64,000 bases of DNA from Perkinsus chesapeaki ATCC PRA-425 (lineage: Eukaryota > Protista > Perkinsozoa), in NCBI GenBank assembly GCA_013115145.1, contig JAAPAO010000064.1, forward strand, positions 32,346-96,345. The letters are read 5' to 3'. Below are positions 42,783 to 55,596 of the stretch, piece after piece (the first letter of the stretch is position 1; each line of letters starts with the position of its first letter). The position numbers were made by a program, and so were the translations under genes. The notes beneath the pieces were generated by a model that did no database searches, was not told where the DNA came from, and saw only the letters and a program-made list of their open reading frames with translations.

Positions 42783-43099
42783 CTGCTCTCGGCGCCTCGT
42801 GCTAGCCTGCCGTAGAGCCATTTGCATGATCTCTCCCTAGCCTGGTCGTTCGTATAACTGTACTGCTCCAGACACTACTTGATTACGCGACTCGAGACTG
42901 ACAACGGTGCCATGCTGTTATCGGTTGTTATCTTGGTGGATGTCTGCGTGGTGGTAAGACTGTGTTCAGGTTGGTCGGGCATTCTATGGCCACCAAGTAG
43001 GAGGGACCACGGATGCTGAAGTGGTGCGTAGAATTACGAGAGAAAGGATCAAGCCGTTGCTGCAGGTAGATGATGATTGCTGCTTGCATCTCATACGGA

Positions 43100-43962
43100 A
43101 CTTCGTATATCACTCACACATACCTGTTAGTGTTATCGGTAGGTCCTCGGCTCGCCCTGCGGCGCTGACGGTGAGTTGGTCCACGAGTGCCTCAGCGACC
43201 TCCAAGATTCCCAGTCCGGTTTAAGCAAGACACTAGCGACGCTGCACCCTGGCATCCGTGCCATCTTTCAGCGCTACGCCGGAGTACGCGACTTATGGAT
43301 TTTACGCCTGAATTGCTGCTCAGGTTGAAGGCATGTCTCTGGAGGGGTTTATGGACTTTTGCAAAGACTTCGAGATCTCGTCTAATGCTCGAGAAGACAT
43401 CACTGGCTGCAGCAGGTTGCCGCTTCAGAGAATCTTTTACGATGCGAGGTTACCCGCCTACTGAATTTCCCATCTCTAGAGCCTCTCTCTCAGTCACGAG
43501 ATTGGTCATCCAGATCACCGTAATGGCAGATCGCACACCGACTCTGTGAATCACAGGGAGCAGTATAGCTCAGCGCTCACACTGTCAACTGAGGCGTTCA
43601 CCCTCTCATTTGTAAGCAGAAGCAAAATCATGCGATGACGCATATGAGCTTCAGATAATGCTGTCACGGAAGCTTATGTCGCAGTCTTTGCCGCCAGCCG
43701 AGCGACTGCAGCGATTCGCCGCTCGACTGAATCATACCAGGTAAGCCTGACCTTTTCGGATCGATGCGAAGGCCGAAGGGAGTGTCTGCGAGGTGGTCGG
43801 CGTTATTATGCCGGTTCGCGTGGTTTCTGTCATTTCTGCATTCTTCAGCGCCGCCTCCTCCCTCAATCGGTCAGCGCCATTATTTCTGATATCCCCTACA
43901 GTGGAAGTTATAGTGGGAGCCACCACCAGTGCATCCATGCGCAGCCGAACTGCCCGCGGCAT
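43100..43962 (-). CDS. Hypothetical multi-exon protein
   Basis: Open exon-like frames with GT-AG introns on the minus strand; no family recognised. Confidence 0.25.
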
Positions 43963-44227
43963 CCGGCCTGACCCGCCGGCATTTTCTAAGGCGAAGTCTC
44001 GGGCGCTTGTCGCTGGGAAGGCGACAGATCTGGTTGCTGCGGATTGGGAAACCGCACTGAGACTTTGGGAGGAGGGCTATTGAGAATTAGCATACATTGA
44101 AGCGCATGGACTTTAACATTTAGTGTGGCTGCTGCTGTGTGGTGAAACGAAGAAGACAGCGTTGTGTTCTTGTGGGCCCGCTCTGCGTCGCCGGGGCTAT
44201 CCTTATTCAGAGGATACTAGTTTCGTC

Positions 44228-45543
44228 ATGGCCATCATCACCGGTAGCGGAGGTAGCTCTGGTGTAAACCCTCAGTTCTCAGTTGATCAGCTCTTCTGTG
44301 AGCGAAACGTTTTATCGAGTCTCATATATAAGATGAATAACGCGCACGGAAGGTGAGCATCCGAGCACGGGAGTTTCACCGATCTTGCGTGGTGAGCGAT
44401 GCTCTCTCGTTGTTTATCACAGGTTGGCAAACGCCTTCTGTTATGCTACATTTGTGTCGCATAAAGGGTTTTAAACTGCACTGTTCGTGTTCCGGTTTTC
44501 ACGCTAGAATCTGTGACACTAAATCATCTTAACCTATTGTAGACTCATCGTCATGGCTACCCTATTGATGTCTCAGGCTCCCCTATTTTGGCTCCCTTCG
44601 TAAGCTGCAGCGAGATCTGGATGCGCTCCTTGGCGCCTCTGGATCGGACGAGGATAGCTGCACTGTGGGGACATGGTCTGTGGTGCTCGAGCGGGCCCAA
44701 GCAGACATGGCCAGGTAAGGGCATGACATAGAGTTGCTGAAGTGGTGCTATTTTGTTATGCTCAGTGGGCAGTACGCGAAAAGTATGATCGCTGCACTAG
44801 AGACTCTGGCACAAGACGCCATGGCCGCAGCAGCTCCCATGCGAGAACTGCTGTCTAGGGGCCATTGGCTGCCATTTGGTCTGAGTGTTGTGGGATGCAC
44901 TGCCAGAATTGTGGTCATAGCGGAGAATCTTATCATAGTAAGTAGCTTGCTTGTGTGCTCGCTGTCTCCACTCAGTGATATGATGATCGGCAGCATTTCA
45001 AGTAGTTCAGGCTGCCACGTTATCTCATTCCTTTGATGCCCAAACGTCCGCACTAACATCGTTTGTTCTCTAAGCGAAAAAAAATCGAATTCACCAAGTA
45101 CAAATCGAGAGCGAAGTCTCACGTTGAATTTTACTCTCGCCGGGCCTCCCTGTATGCTGCTACTTGTATGCGCAAACGATTGTTGTTCGTAGACAACGTG
45201 GTGCTGCCATAGTAGCATAATCGATCTTTCTGGTTGCTTAGATATCCTACAATAGCAATCTTTATGGCTTCTCTCAGTTACTACAGCCTTATGCGCGGGC
45301 AACGAAGAGATCCTCGGAAGTCACCACTTGTGCTGTGAACGCAGCTGACGCGCTGGTGGACGAGGAAGACATGGGCGTAGCTGTGGACGACCCCGGTGAA
45401 GCTAAGATGGCTGTAGAGGTATGTGAGGCACCTGCGGGCCGACGGCAGAAGAAGCGCGTCAGGCGACATTGATTTCCGTTATTATCTTCGAAAGGCTTCA
45501 TTTCCGCCGCTTCCACTGTCTGCACAATTCTTTCCCAGCCCTG
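44228..45543 (+). CDS. NEPRO/Rmp1-like (DUF4477) RNase MRP subunit homolog (3' end approximate)
   Basis: LFCERNVLSSLIYKMNNAHGR and LLSRGHWLPFGLSVVGCTARI resemble the Rmp1/NEPRO N-terminal domain; EDMGVAV near the C-terminus. Confidence 0.55.
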
Positions 45544-45589
45544 AGGGGTCTCCACGTATGCATTCCAGTGTAGTGTTGTGATGGCGGTG

Positions 45590-45960
45590 TTAGTAGCGGA
45601 AGGGGACAGTCATCCGGTTGGGCCGAAGGAATTGGTGGAGTTTGGTCGCCGATCGGATCTGTGCAAATTGTCCCTGGTCATCTCCATTGGTTATCATTGT
45701 GCGCTCTTTCAAACATTCAGCGCATTCGTTCCCCTTTGCCTCTGATACCGACATGTGCGTATAATCGAAACCTCGGGTCGGAAATATACCCTGCTTCAAT
45801 AATCTGTTTCATGACGAAGAAGGACGTCCTCACTCACGAATATGGCCAACTATACAATGGTTTATTGGAGGGTATTGTTTGATGCCTTTGATGGTTCCCC
45901 TCCATGTTGGCTCCCAAAGGTTTAACATCAAAATGGGTCGGTCCATATGGCTGAGCTGCA
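45590..45960 (-). CDS. Possible small multi-exon gene
   Basis: Terminal exon QGIFPTRGFDYTHM...ECAECLK...RPNRMTVPFRY*; upstream exon phase not resolved. Confidence 0.25.
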
Positions 45961-46027
45961 CAGTAACATTTAGAGTCGCTTGAGCTATTCCACCTCAGCA
46001 GCTTGGTTTCAACATTTCTATAAAGCT

Positions 46028-49000
46028 ATGAAGCGCTCTGCTGATCACAGGGTCATCGAAAACCGCCAGAAGAAGCCACGAGTGGCCAAGTCGAAGTCCG
46101 AGCAACCCGTCGTGAAGACAGAGCCAGCCGCCGTTCGCCCCGCAGCACAGCCTGCACTTGTAGGAGGCAGCTGCCCAATTGTCGCTGTAAAAGTATCCTG
46201 CTAGGGCGATCCTGTGGGGTCAGTTGAAGAGGGAAGGCTACAGCGTTTGAGCCTGGCCTGCAGCAAGCAGCTGGGAATGCTACCTCGCCTGCACGAGGTG
46301 CTCATTGAGCCTTTATCGTGCAGGCATTGCCAGGTCAGGTCCGGCGGGCAGTAGAGCTGTTTGAGGCCGACGGTTGCACCTTGCCGTTTGTAGCGAGGTA
46401 TCGCCGGGGGTATGTCGGTCTGCCGGAGGGGGACATTCTCAAGCTTCATAAATATCTTATGAGGGAAAGAACGGTCGAAGAGAAGAGGATAAAATGCGTG
46501 AAGTCAGCACTGGTGGTGTCGGCTATCGAGTACTCTTAGTTGACAGGACGCTTGCCTCCAGAGCAGTCTTGGACCAACAGCTGCTGCGTTACCTGTGCTC
46601 CGCTGATTGTCGTGCTGAAGACATAGCCGATATTATGGCAAGCTTGGCTCCTCAGACCAAACGGAAGACTAAGGCACAAGAAGCCATCGACGCCGGTAGG
46701 GTGATAGTGAGCGCCATTAAACAGGATATCCCGGTGAACTGCAGGATTTGGGCCAATGGCGGATCTTTTGCTGGAAGCCGCCAGAGAGCCGTGCCAGCAT
46801 TGCCCGTTGAATGTTCAGCGGTTGCTGAATCGGACTGGGGTATGAAGCGTGTCATGGGGTCTGCCGGAGGAGCAGTGTCAGGTTGGTACACCCTGGAACG
46901 AAGGTGACGTAGAGGCTGCGATCACTGCGATCCTCTGCCATCGTATAAGTAAGCCGCGTCACCCTCGGAGCTCCGTCTTGGGTTACTGCGTAGTGGCTGT
47001 GCTGCCTTCAGCTCGTGGTCAAGAGGCGAGATCCCTTTGTCGAGTGATGGTAGAAGGGAGAGCCAAGTTGGAGGTTGAAGGCATACCGGAGAATAGAAGT
47101 TCATCTCAGAAAAAGCCTAAGGGGCATTCGAGCAAAAGGAATTCTCAAATGGAGTAAGCCTTCTCGGCTGTCCTCCGGCCGGTCCCCGTTTACTGTTTCA
47201 TCCGGTTCATGGCTTGGAATTAGCACCAGAATCCATCGGTCAGTTTTGTCGACCCTTCGTTCGTTTCGAAAAAGGCTGCGGTGACAGCAAAACCTATTAG
47301 CAGGTATTTTCATTATAGTGGCTACGCGAGGAATCTGAATAAAGTGAAACCGCACGAGTGGTTGGCTATCAAGCGCGGAGAGGCCTCCAAGCAGCTGAGG
47401 GTTAAGATAGCCTTCCCTAATACGAAGGCCCTTATCGATGCTAACCAGAAGCGCTTTCTTGCTCATGGCCACAGCAGTTGCCTGTGCGCTGGTGTGATCT
47501 CGGCTGCGGTGAGGAAGGCGGTGGATTCAATAGAAAAGTCCCTCTCGAGAGAGTTGCGGTCGGAGCGGCTCACAACGCCCGCCGAGGAGTTTGCCATCAA
47601 GACCTTCACTGACAATGTCAGTGTGAAGCTGATGTGCCCGCCGTTCCCAGTGGAGACCGGTACCGCGGTAATCGGTGTCGACCCGGGTTACGTGAATGGC
47701 AACAAGTGTGTGGTTATCACGGCCACTGGCGAGGTCGTAGACGAATTCAAGTTCTGGAGCAGCTCCAGTAGGTCTACTCGAAAAGGCCTCCAGGATGTTC
47801 CTTTTTAGAGCGGATGCAAGCGGGCCCAGATGAGTTGGCTCGGCGGGTCTATCAGTGGTCGGTCAAGCTCGTTGTCGTTGGGGATGGCCAGGTGATTGCC
47901 CGCGGAGATAATGCTAGTACTCGGTGCCCAGGGATCTCAAGAAGCGACCGATGCAATACGGCAAGCCTTGGACCCTACATACAATGTGGGCATTTGCATA
48001 GTGGACGAGTGCGGCGCCAGTATATACTCCGCCGGAGATGTATGGCCTGCCTGAATGCATTACCGGGCGGCGGATCCGCTTTGTCAGGTTGCCGCGTCCG
48101 AGCTGCCCGGTATGGACATCTCATTGCGGGGCGCAGTATCCATTGCTCGCCGCGTGCTTGATCCTATCGCTGAGTTTGTCAAGTTGGAGCCCAAGCATAT
48201 AGTACAACTGTTCTAACTGGTGCGGTGGATTCCTGTCCTGCTCAGGGAGTAGGCCTTTTCCAGCACGACATGCCACCTAAGCAGCTCGAGACTGCACTGA
48301 CGCAAGCTGTTCAGTGGTGTGTCTGTCAGGTCGGAGTTGATGTCAATACCGCTAGCGTCTCGCTCTTAAAGTACCGTTGTTTGAGAAACGGGTCTACTCG
48401 ACAGGCACCTCAGATACGTCGCCGGACTTAATGCTACAACTGCTAAGCGAATAGTAGATTACCGGACACAGCAGGGGAAGCTTGGATGTCGTGAGGAGAT
48501 GAAGAAGGTGAAGGGGATAGGACCTGCTGTATTCCAACAGGCAGCTGGATTCGTAGGTGAGGCTGCTAACCATCTGGCGCCGCTTCTGTTGCGGCTCTGA
48601 TGCTTGTCTTTGTAGTAACTCTTATTGAAACTGTGCATCGGAGTCCTGCGAATTGATCTCGACACAAGTCGCTTATTAAGCCTTTGCCAGATCCGGGTCT
48701 ATGAAGGCAGCGAACCTTTGGATGCTACAGGGATCCATCCCGAGTCGTATGAGTGTGCACGTCAGCTGAAGGATATCATCAACAGGCATAGAGGGGAAGG
48801 TGAGCACGGAGCTAGAGCTGTAGAGGTCTCCATCATGGTCATCACAGACGTGAACTCCCTGCTTCAGCACTTCAGTCCAAGGGACGATTCCGAGCAAGTG
48901 AGGCTAGATGCAACTGCTTTGGCGGACGGCGGTGTGACTTAGGCGCGGACCAGCGCGGCTGAGGTCCTTACAGAGTTGCTCGAGGCCAACAGGGATGTAA

Positions 49001-49396
49001 GGTTGGAGCATCCTGAGCGGTATCGGCCACGAGAAATTGAATATCCTCCCTACAAAGCCTCGGCAAGTGCTGCACTGGAGGTGAGTCGGTTCAATGCTGA
49101 GCACGAAGACGACCGCCGCTTGATTAAGGTCGGTGCGCATCTCGAAGGATCTATCGAGAATGTGGTATCTTTCGGAGCGTTTGTTCATCTTTACTGTGAA
49201 GAACCCGCCACGGGTCTCCTACACGTTTCTAGCCTTCCTCCCGCGGTCACCCTCGACACCCTATCAGTTAACCAACGAGTAAGCAGCCGCGCTATTGCAG
49301 CCGCTATTGCCCGGTCGGACTCAGGTCAGAGTCGTTGTTGATAAGATCGACCGCTCCAAGCCTCGGAGGCCCCGAATTAGTCTTCGTATGCTCTAG
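46028..49396 (+). CDS. SRBD1: Tex/YhgF-family S1 RNA-binding protein (SRBD1), intron-rich
   Basis: [12 protein letters not shown] (Tex N-terminus), [17 protein letters not shown] (YqgF domain), [11 protein letters not shown] (HhH) and [17 protein letters not shown] (S1). Confidence 0.9.
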
Positions 49397-49574
49397 TCTC
49401 CTGCTTCCTTCGCCGGGTTGCGTTGGTCCAACGCATTGACTGCTAGGCTTGGCCTACCTAGTATTTGCCCATAGATGGCCGACACTTCTGACCTTCTGGA
49501 CGAGCTCCTGGAGGAGGCTCTCACGCCCCCCTCGGGAACTCTTTTCAGCCCTCGGCAGCCACTCGTTAGTGGAA

Positions 49575-52500
49575 ATGCGCCGGAGCAACAAGGTGGCAGT
49601 CATCCTCATGGTCTCAGTGCGTCACGCACGGTAGGATTTTAGTAAGCTTCTGTTCACCTGGGTTGGCCAGTTACCTCCATTGCCGCTGCAAGAGGCCCCC
49701 ACCATAATGGACCTCTCCGACGACCTTGATCTCCTAACACCTGTCGCCAAGGGGAAGGACGAGGACTTCGTTGTTCCATTCACAGCAGCAGATTCATCCT
49801 TGGAATCTTCGGCGGAGGCCCTTCCTACAGTACCTGCCCCGACCGCCAGTCCAACTAGCGCAGAGAGGATGGCCTCGGAATCTGATGCAGTCTTGGGAGG
49901 GAGGGATGGTCTGAAAGATCTCTGGCCAACCGACTCCGAAGACGGGAAAGATACGCCTTCGCTGAACGACTCTCGGTCGGATCAGCCACCAAGTGTGATG
50001 GAGCTTGCTGGACCGTTGACCGACGAGAATTCTCCGCCTAACGATGCCTTCGATGCGACTGGGCACAGTCTCGCTGCCTCTGTGCCGCCTCTGGGGCTGG
50101 CTGGTTCGACCCTTCCGCCGATACAGGAGGTTTCGACTGGGCGAGCGTCCTCCGGAAGTGTAACAGATTCTGCTCGCCGAAATGTCGCTGGTTTGGCTCC
50201 ATTGGCGGCTGAGCAGCAAGCGCTCCGCGTTACTGTGCGTCGCTCTGGAACGATTTGCATTTGCACTGGGAAATCAGGTTAATGAATCGAAGCTCGTTCC
50301 GGAGCTGCCCCCGCTGGATTTACGACCGGTGCGATTTTGGCTGGAGAAGATGGAGCGAGCTCGACCACAAAGCTCAGCAATTACTGACGCAAGAACTGGA
50401 GGACTCAATCCCATACAGCTCGACAATGCTCAGTCGGCTCTTGGGCACAGGCCCACAATACTCTACACCATCCGTAAGCGGTGCTTCTACTGGTTAGGAT
50501 TTTCCAATGTAAACCTCAGGCGTCGGTCGAGTGCTTGCTCCTACTGTTCCTGGGCCTGTTGCTAAAGGTGTTCTCGTATCGTACCGAGTATACGTCACCC
50601 TATTCCATCTAAGAAGCCAACTGATTATCAGTCGTACCGCTGTTGGTCCAAAAGTGGAAGCACCAGCAGGTCACGACTTTGATATGGCCGCGGAATTCTT
50701 CTTCCATACGGGCACGTCCTTAGTAGACCCCCAGATCGGAATGGTCTTCGAGCTGGCCCTGACCAGTCCTGAAGGCGACAGGCTCTCAGGGGGTTGGACT
50801 GTGGTTCCTGCTGGCCATCAAGTCAATGGCGGCGCCCTACTGCTGAACGGCACCCCTCGGCTATTACCTTTCATCAAACGCGAAGTGATTGGGGCTTTCG
50901 CAACAACTCAGACACCAACTGAGATGCTCATTGGTCTCGCCACTGGCGGGAGAATCGAGGTGGCATTCCGACAGATATCAGCTGAAGACCCAGAAGGCCA
51001 GTTCTATCGCGGAATGCTGCCACCTGGTTACGTGGCCTCACTGGGGGCTCCCGTTGGTTGCCTCAACGCCGGTGTCGCTCGCCGTGCTGAAATAGCAGTG
51101 GGAGGCGTCCGCGTTGATATTGAAAGCCATCACCTCGCGAATGAGCTTCAAGACGCGATTCGTTTCGCAGGCGAAGATTTCAGGCAGCGTTTCAAGTCTT
51201 CGGCTAGCCGGCACCAGGGTGAGGCTGAGTTGTCCAACCTCTGCACGGTGGTGCTGTATGCCCACAATGGGCTGCATCCTATCAGCCCTGAGTACGCATT
51301 CCACTTGCAAGCAGACAGCATGGGCAACCCAGTTCTTGTGAGTGCTACGCAGCACACTATTGATATGGTCTTGCATGACGACTGTGCTATTGCGGTCGAG
51401 CTGCACTACCATCTAGCTGGGGAAGGCTCGATTAACGTCCCGGTATGTTTGGGTTGGTGCCTCTTACTGCTATCCCATCTCGACCCTGTCACCGAGTGTA
51501 TGATCGCCGCCGAGCCCAGACACAGCGCCCTGCTTCGCTGTCGGTTATTGAAGGGCCCTGGGGTAACCCTAGCGGGCCGACGGGTTTGGATAGGATCTCC
51601 CACAGGAACTAACCTTTCCATCGAGCTCACCGTTACCGGCGAAGCATACATTACCTGGCTGAGGGGCCGGCAGGAGGCCTTACATGCTGACAGAGTACGG
51701 GACGCTGTAGAGATGCCCACTAGGCAGCCACCACCTGTAGTGGAGAAGCTAGAAGAGCCGACGGCCGTTCTGCCACCACCGGTGCTCCCAGGACCTCCCA
51801 TCGTAACGTATCAGCCATCCATAACGGAGCCTGTAGTCGAAGTCCCCGGATTCCCGACGAGTACCGTCCTCCTTGAGACAATGCAGCCAGGAACGCCTCC
51901 GCCTCCACCGGCTGTAGACCCATTTTCACCCATGGAGTCTGCTCTCCCCGTGGACGTCGGCGCACTGGCTGCTCCTCCACCAACGGCGATGCAGGCCGAG
52001 TTCATACCGAGAACTCCCCCGCCCACAGTGCCAGCCTCGCAACCGATCGCCAGCTTGGGTGGAGTAGTTATTGAGAGGGAAACACAGCGTGTGGTGGTGA
52101 GAGATGTGGATACCCAGTACGAGATGACTATGACTGATCCGATCGAGTCGGAGATCATTCCCGTGAGGGAGACAGTAACTCTTGTCTCAAGCCCTAGTGC
52201 GGGTGTGGAACTCAGCACTCAAGGTGGACGGCAGCCTGAGTCTCCTCAGCCCCGGAGCATGTCCCCAGCCGATAAGGCCTCTGCAGTTGCAGCTAGGCTG
52301 GTCACTGCTTCTACAGCAGAACAGGAAAGCCTAACTTCAATCGACTGGCGTCTGGAGGAGAATGACCCGCTTCTTCACGACGAGATCACTATGGCTCTCG
52401 TGGGCTGGAGGCCATCGGAAGCTGTTCAGCGACCAGGGAGCAAGCGGGTATATTTCACTGCAAAGTTATATACCTTCTCCGTACGAACCACGGAGGTCGC

Positions 52501-54517
52501 TGAGATGTCACGGAACGCCTGCCATAGTGTCCTGAGCTCAACAGAAGGTCACAGGTGGGCGCAGACTATTTTTCTTGAGTGTCATTGCTTCATTTCTCAG
52601 ATTATCGACACGTTGGTGTTGCTGTTTTCCTTCGCGGTTAGCTATGCTCCAGCGGGTAGCCAGCCATGAGGGCCATGGGATAGAGCTCGAGATGCACTGT
52701 GCGGACACTGGCATGCTCATCGCAACCGCCTCGGTGCCCCTTCATGGCCTTCCAAGACAGCAGCGGATGGTGTCAAGGCTAGAAGAAGAAGTGAGCATCA
52801 TTCGTATCTCCTCAACTCAGATTGTGACACTCAGGTGCCGTGCTGCAGTTTGGCGGCCTCTCAAGGGGCCGTCAGCGTGCTTGGCTGGCTTCAAGTGATA
52901 ATTGAGAACCGAGGTGTTCGAGATTGCGGCCAAACCGGCCATAAGCATAGCCCTCTGGTATCTTCTAGCTCGGGTGGATATGTCCGTGCCCGGGAAGCTG
53001 GTGTTCACGGGACATCGGCACCCCACTCGAAGAACGTTCGAGTGAAGGCCCCTCGGTTGCCGTGGCCAGATGAGCTCAAAAATTCGAAACAGGATGCGGC
53101 CAAGTACTTCGGAGACCAACGAGAGAGGTCTCGGCCAGAGCTAGTCCAACGCAAGATGCGCGAAGCCCTCGTAGAGAGGCGGTATCTCCCTGCCATCTCC
53201 GGTGAGGCTCGGTACTTTACTGTGCCCTTCGGGAACCCACTCCAGACCGAGAGCCTCTTCGCTGTGCGTTTTGGGAGAGTGGGCTCCGATGGCAGTGTGG
53301 TCGTTGAGCCGCCTCGGCATTCCGGTCTCTCTCTGGTCAGTGACCCTGTGGAGTGGAGGTACGTGATCACCACGAGAGGCCTTCCTGAGCCTGACTGTGG
53401 CTATGAGTTGTTCACGGCCACCGCGGAGTTTCTGCTACAGCCTTCCCAGTCCGTAGATCTGCCGTTCCGCTACTTCCCTCTGGTTGAATCCGCAGAGGAT
53501 CTTAGCTTCGAAATCAGCATAAGGCGAAGTGGCGGCGACATCGTCAGAGTTATCGAACTCGTGGTCCCTGGGCCAGTAGGCTTCCTGCCCGACCAAGTCA
53601 CTCGACTGTGGGAGCCCGAAAGAACACCCGTACGAGCAACCCTGAAGCTTGACAGGGACATTGGGCCGGATGCTCTCTGTATGGTCGTGCCAGAGGACTC
53701 TGGTATCGCGGTTGCGCGCTGTAGTTCATCTAGCTACCTCGAAGTCTCTCTGACCTCTCCTCCGTTTAACGAGAAACCTTGCGAGGCAGTTTGTTTGGTC
53801 TACCCACGAGGGGACAAGTATAATGAACGACCCACATTGGCTTTGAAGATAATCTGCATCGGTCTTTTGAGCGAATACGTCAAGGGCGCCGTTGGTCGGC
53901 AAATCGACAAAGTACTGCAGCTGCCCTCACATCTCACCCTCGGGGCATCAACTATCCTTGCCTACACTTCGAACGAGGCCCTCGCGAGGATCGAGCCTCC
54001 GCGAATTGCAATACATGAATCTGCGCCAGGCCAGATTCCCATTATCGTGACACCTTCTCGAAGTGGAGCGAGCAGTTGTCTTGTGTACGCTTCGAAGCTG
54101 GACCAGGCTGCAGTACCCGCTCGATTGCTAGCATCGTGGATACTCGACGTTCAAGCCGAGCCTCCTACTGTTACAGAAACGCACGAGCTAACTCTACCCT
54201 ATGGACGGCGATGTAGGAAGCGACTGCCATTCCGGAATCCTATAACTCGCCACACAGAGTTCGCAGTTCGAAGCTCAAACACCGAGGTTATGCAGGTAGT
54301 CGTCCGCTCCTTGATCAGGGCTTTCAATTCGGCGTGTTCATGTTTACAGGTGGTCTCCTCGAGCATGGGATTGGCCCCCCTTGCAGCATCGCATATCGAC
54401 TTGGTCTTCCCAGCGGCACAAGGCTACATTGCTAAGAAAGCCGAATGCTTCCTGTTCATCTCCAGTACAGATGGGCAGGTCTCGGACACGAGGCTTTTTA
54501 AACTGAACTATATCTAG
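49575..54517 (+). CDS. NPHP4: Nephrocystin-4, ciliary transition-zone protein
   Basis: EENDPLLHDEITM...RVYFTAKLYTF, LEMHCADTGMLIATASVPLHGLPRQ, and C-terminal Ig-like domains (RKRLPFRNP...EFAVRSSN). Confidence 0.8.
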
Positions 54518-54619
54518 TGCGCATGCTCTTGTAAACTTACCTACGTGCTGTCTCCACCAAAGCATGCTCTGCGTTCTGTAACGAGGTTATCCAGCTCGTT
54601 TTTGCAGCATTGGTCTCAG

Positions 54620-55591
54620 TGCTCATGAATGACCATCCAGAATAGGCGAGCTTCGTCAACGCACGAGGCATCGAAAAGGCATCTTGCCCGACGGGCAACC
54701 ACGGGAGGGTATCCATCGAAGCGCGTCTCCACATCAGATCCTCCACTAGTGTAATTCCTGGTAGCCGGAGTCGATGATAAGATTGGTTTTGTCAGTCCTA
54801 ACTGGCCTGGTCCGCCCAACCCCAAGCAATCTACGGTTCCAAGCGCAGCGTCGAGGGGCTCTCTTGAAAGGTAGGTTGGAGCTCACATGATCTTACTCGG
54901 ACTGTCAGTTTTTCGGTAGCTATGACTTTATCTCTGAGTGTCCGTTTCACCTTTAGTCATGTAAATACTAATCAGCGAAGCGAGCGTTCTGTCTCAAGGC
55001 GAAGAAGATCCATGGTTGACCCACGTGAAGCTCATGTGCGACTCGAGCTCGTGCTGGAAAAGCTTCCAAAAATGCGTACATCCCACACATGGTAAGACAC
55101 TGAATTACACTACACCTTACTCTGTGATTACCTTTCAGTATTGAGGACTCCATACACACTGCTCTTACATCGGCAGCTCGGCTTCCTGTGGAGTGCCTGC
55201 GGGTCTCCAAGTAAGCGACTCTTCCCCTCCAATACACTGGAGGCTGCTGCTTCAGATTCCATTGGGACCCCCTTGGTCGGCCGACTCTCGACATCCTGGT
55301 CAGGAGGTCAGAAGAGCTGGCGGCCTCTGATGCTGTCGAACGAATAGTGGCCGCACTTGATAATACACGCTCACCCTTCCGTACATCTGGGTCTGCACAG
55401 AGGGGCCTCCTAGCTGGAGCGTTCCTCCGACGTCCGACGCGGCAAAACGGTGGCTCGCAAGGACCAGACACAGCGCCGTTGCGCATTGTCGTGTCGCCTA
55501 GTTTCGAAACTTCATTAAGCACGTCTGAGTAGGCTACTTGGTATATTGGAAAGCACCTAAGTTTATGTTTTCTCAGAATCGGCGAGATCAT
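54620..55591 (-). CDS. Hypothetical multi-exon protein
   Basis: 229-codon ORF 54968-55657 with internal ATG and splice donors; no family recognised. Confidence 0.3.
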
Positions 55592-55596
55592 CCGTA

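Noticed and set aside
45960-46010. Minus-strand ATG...TGC TGA before a splice donor, which could encode Cys-Sec
   Set aside because: Exon phases are unresolved and no SECIS was recognised; too speculative.
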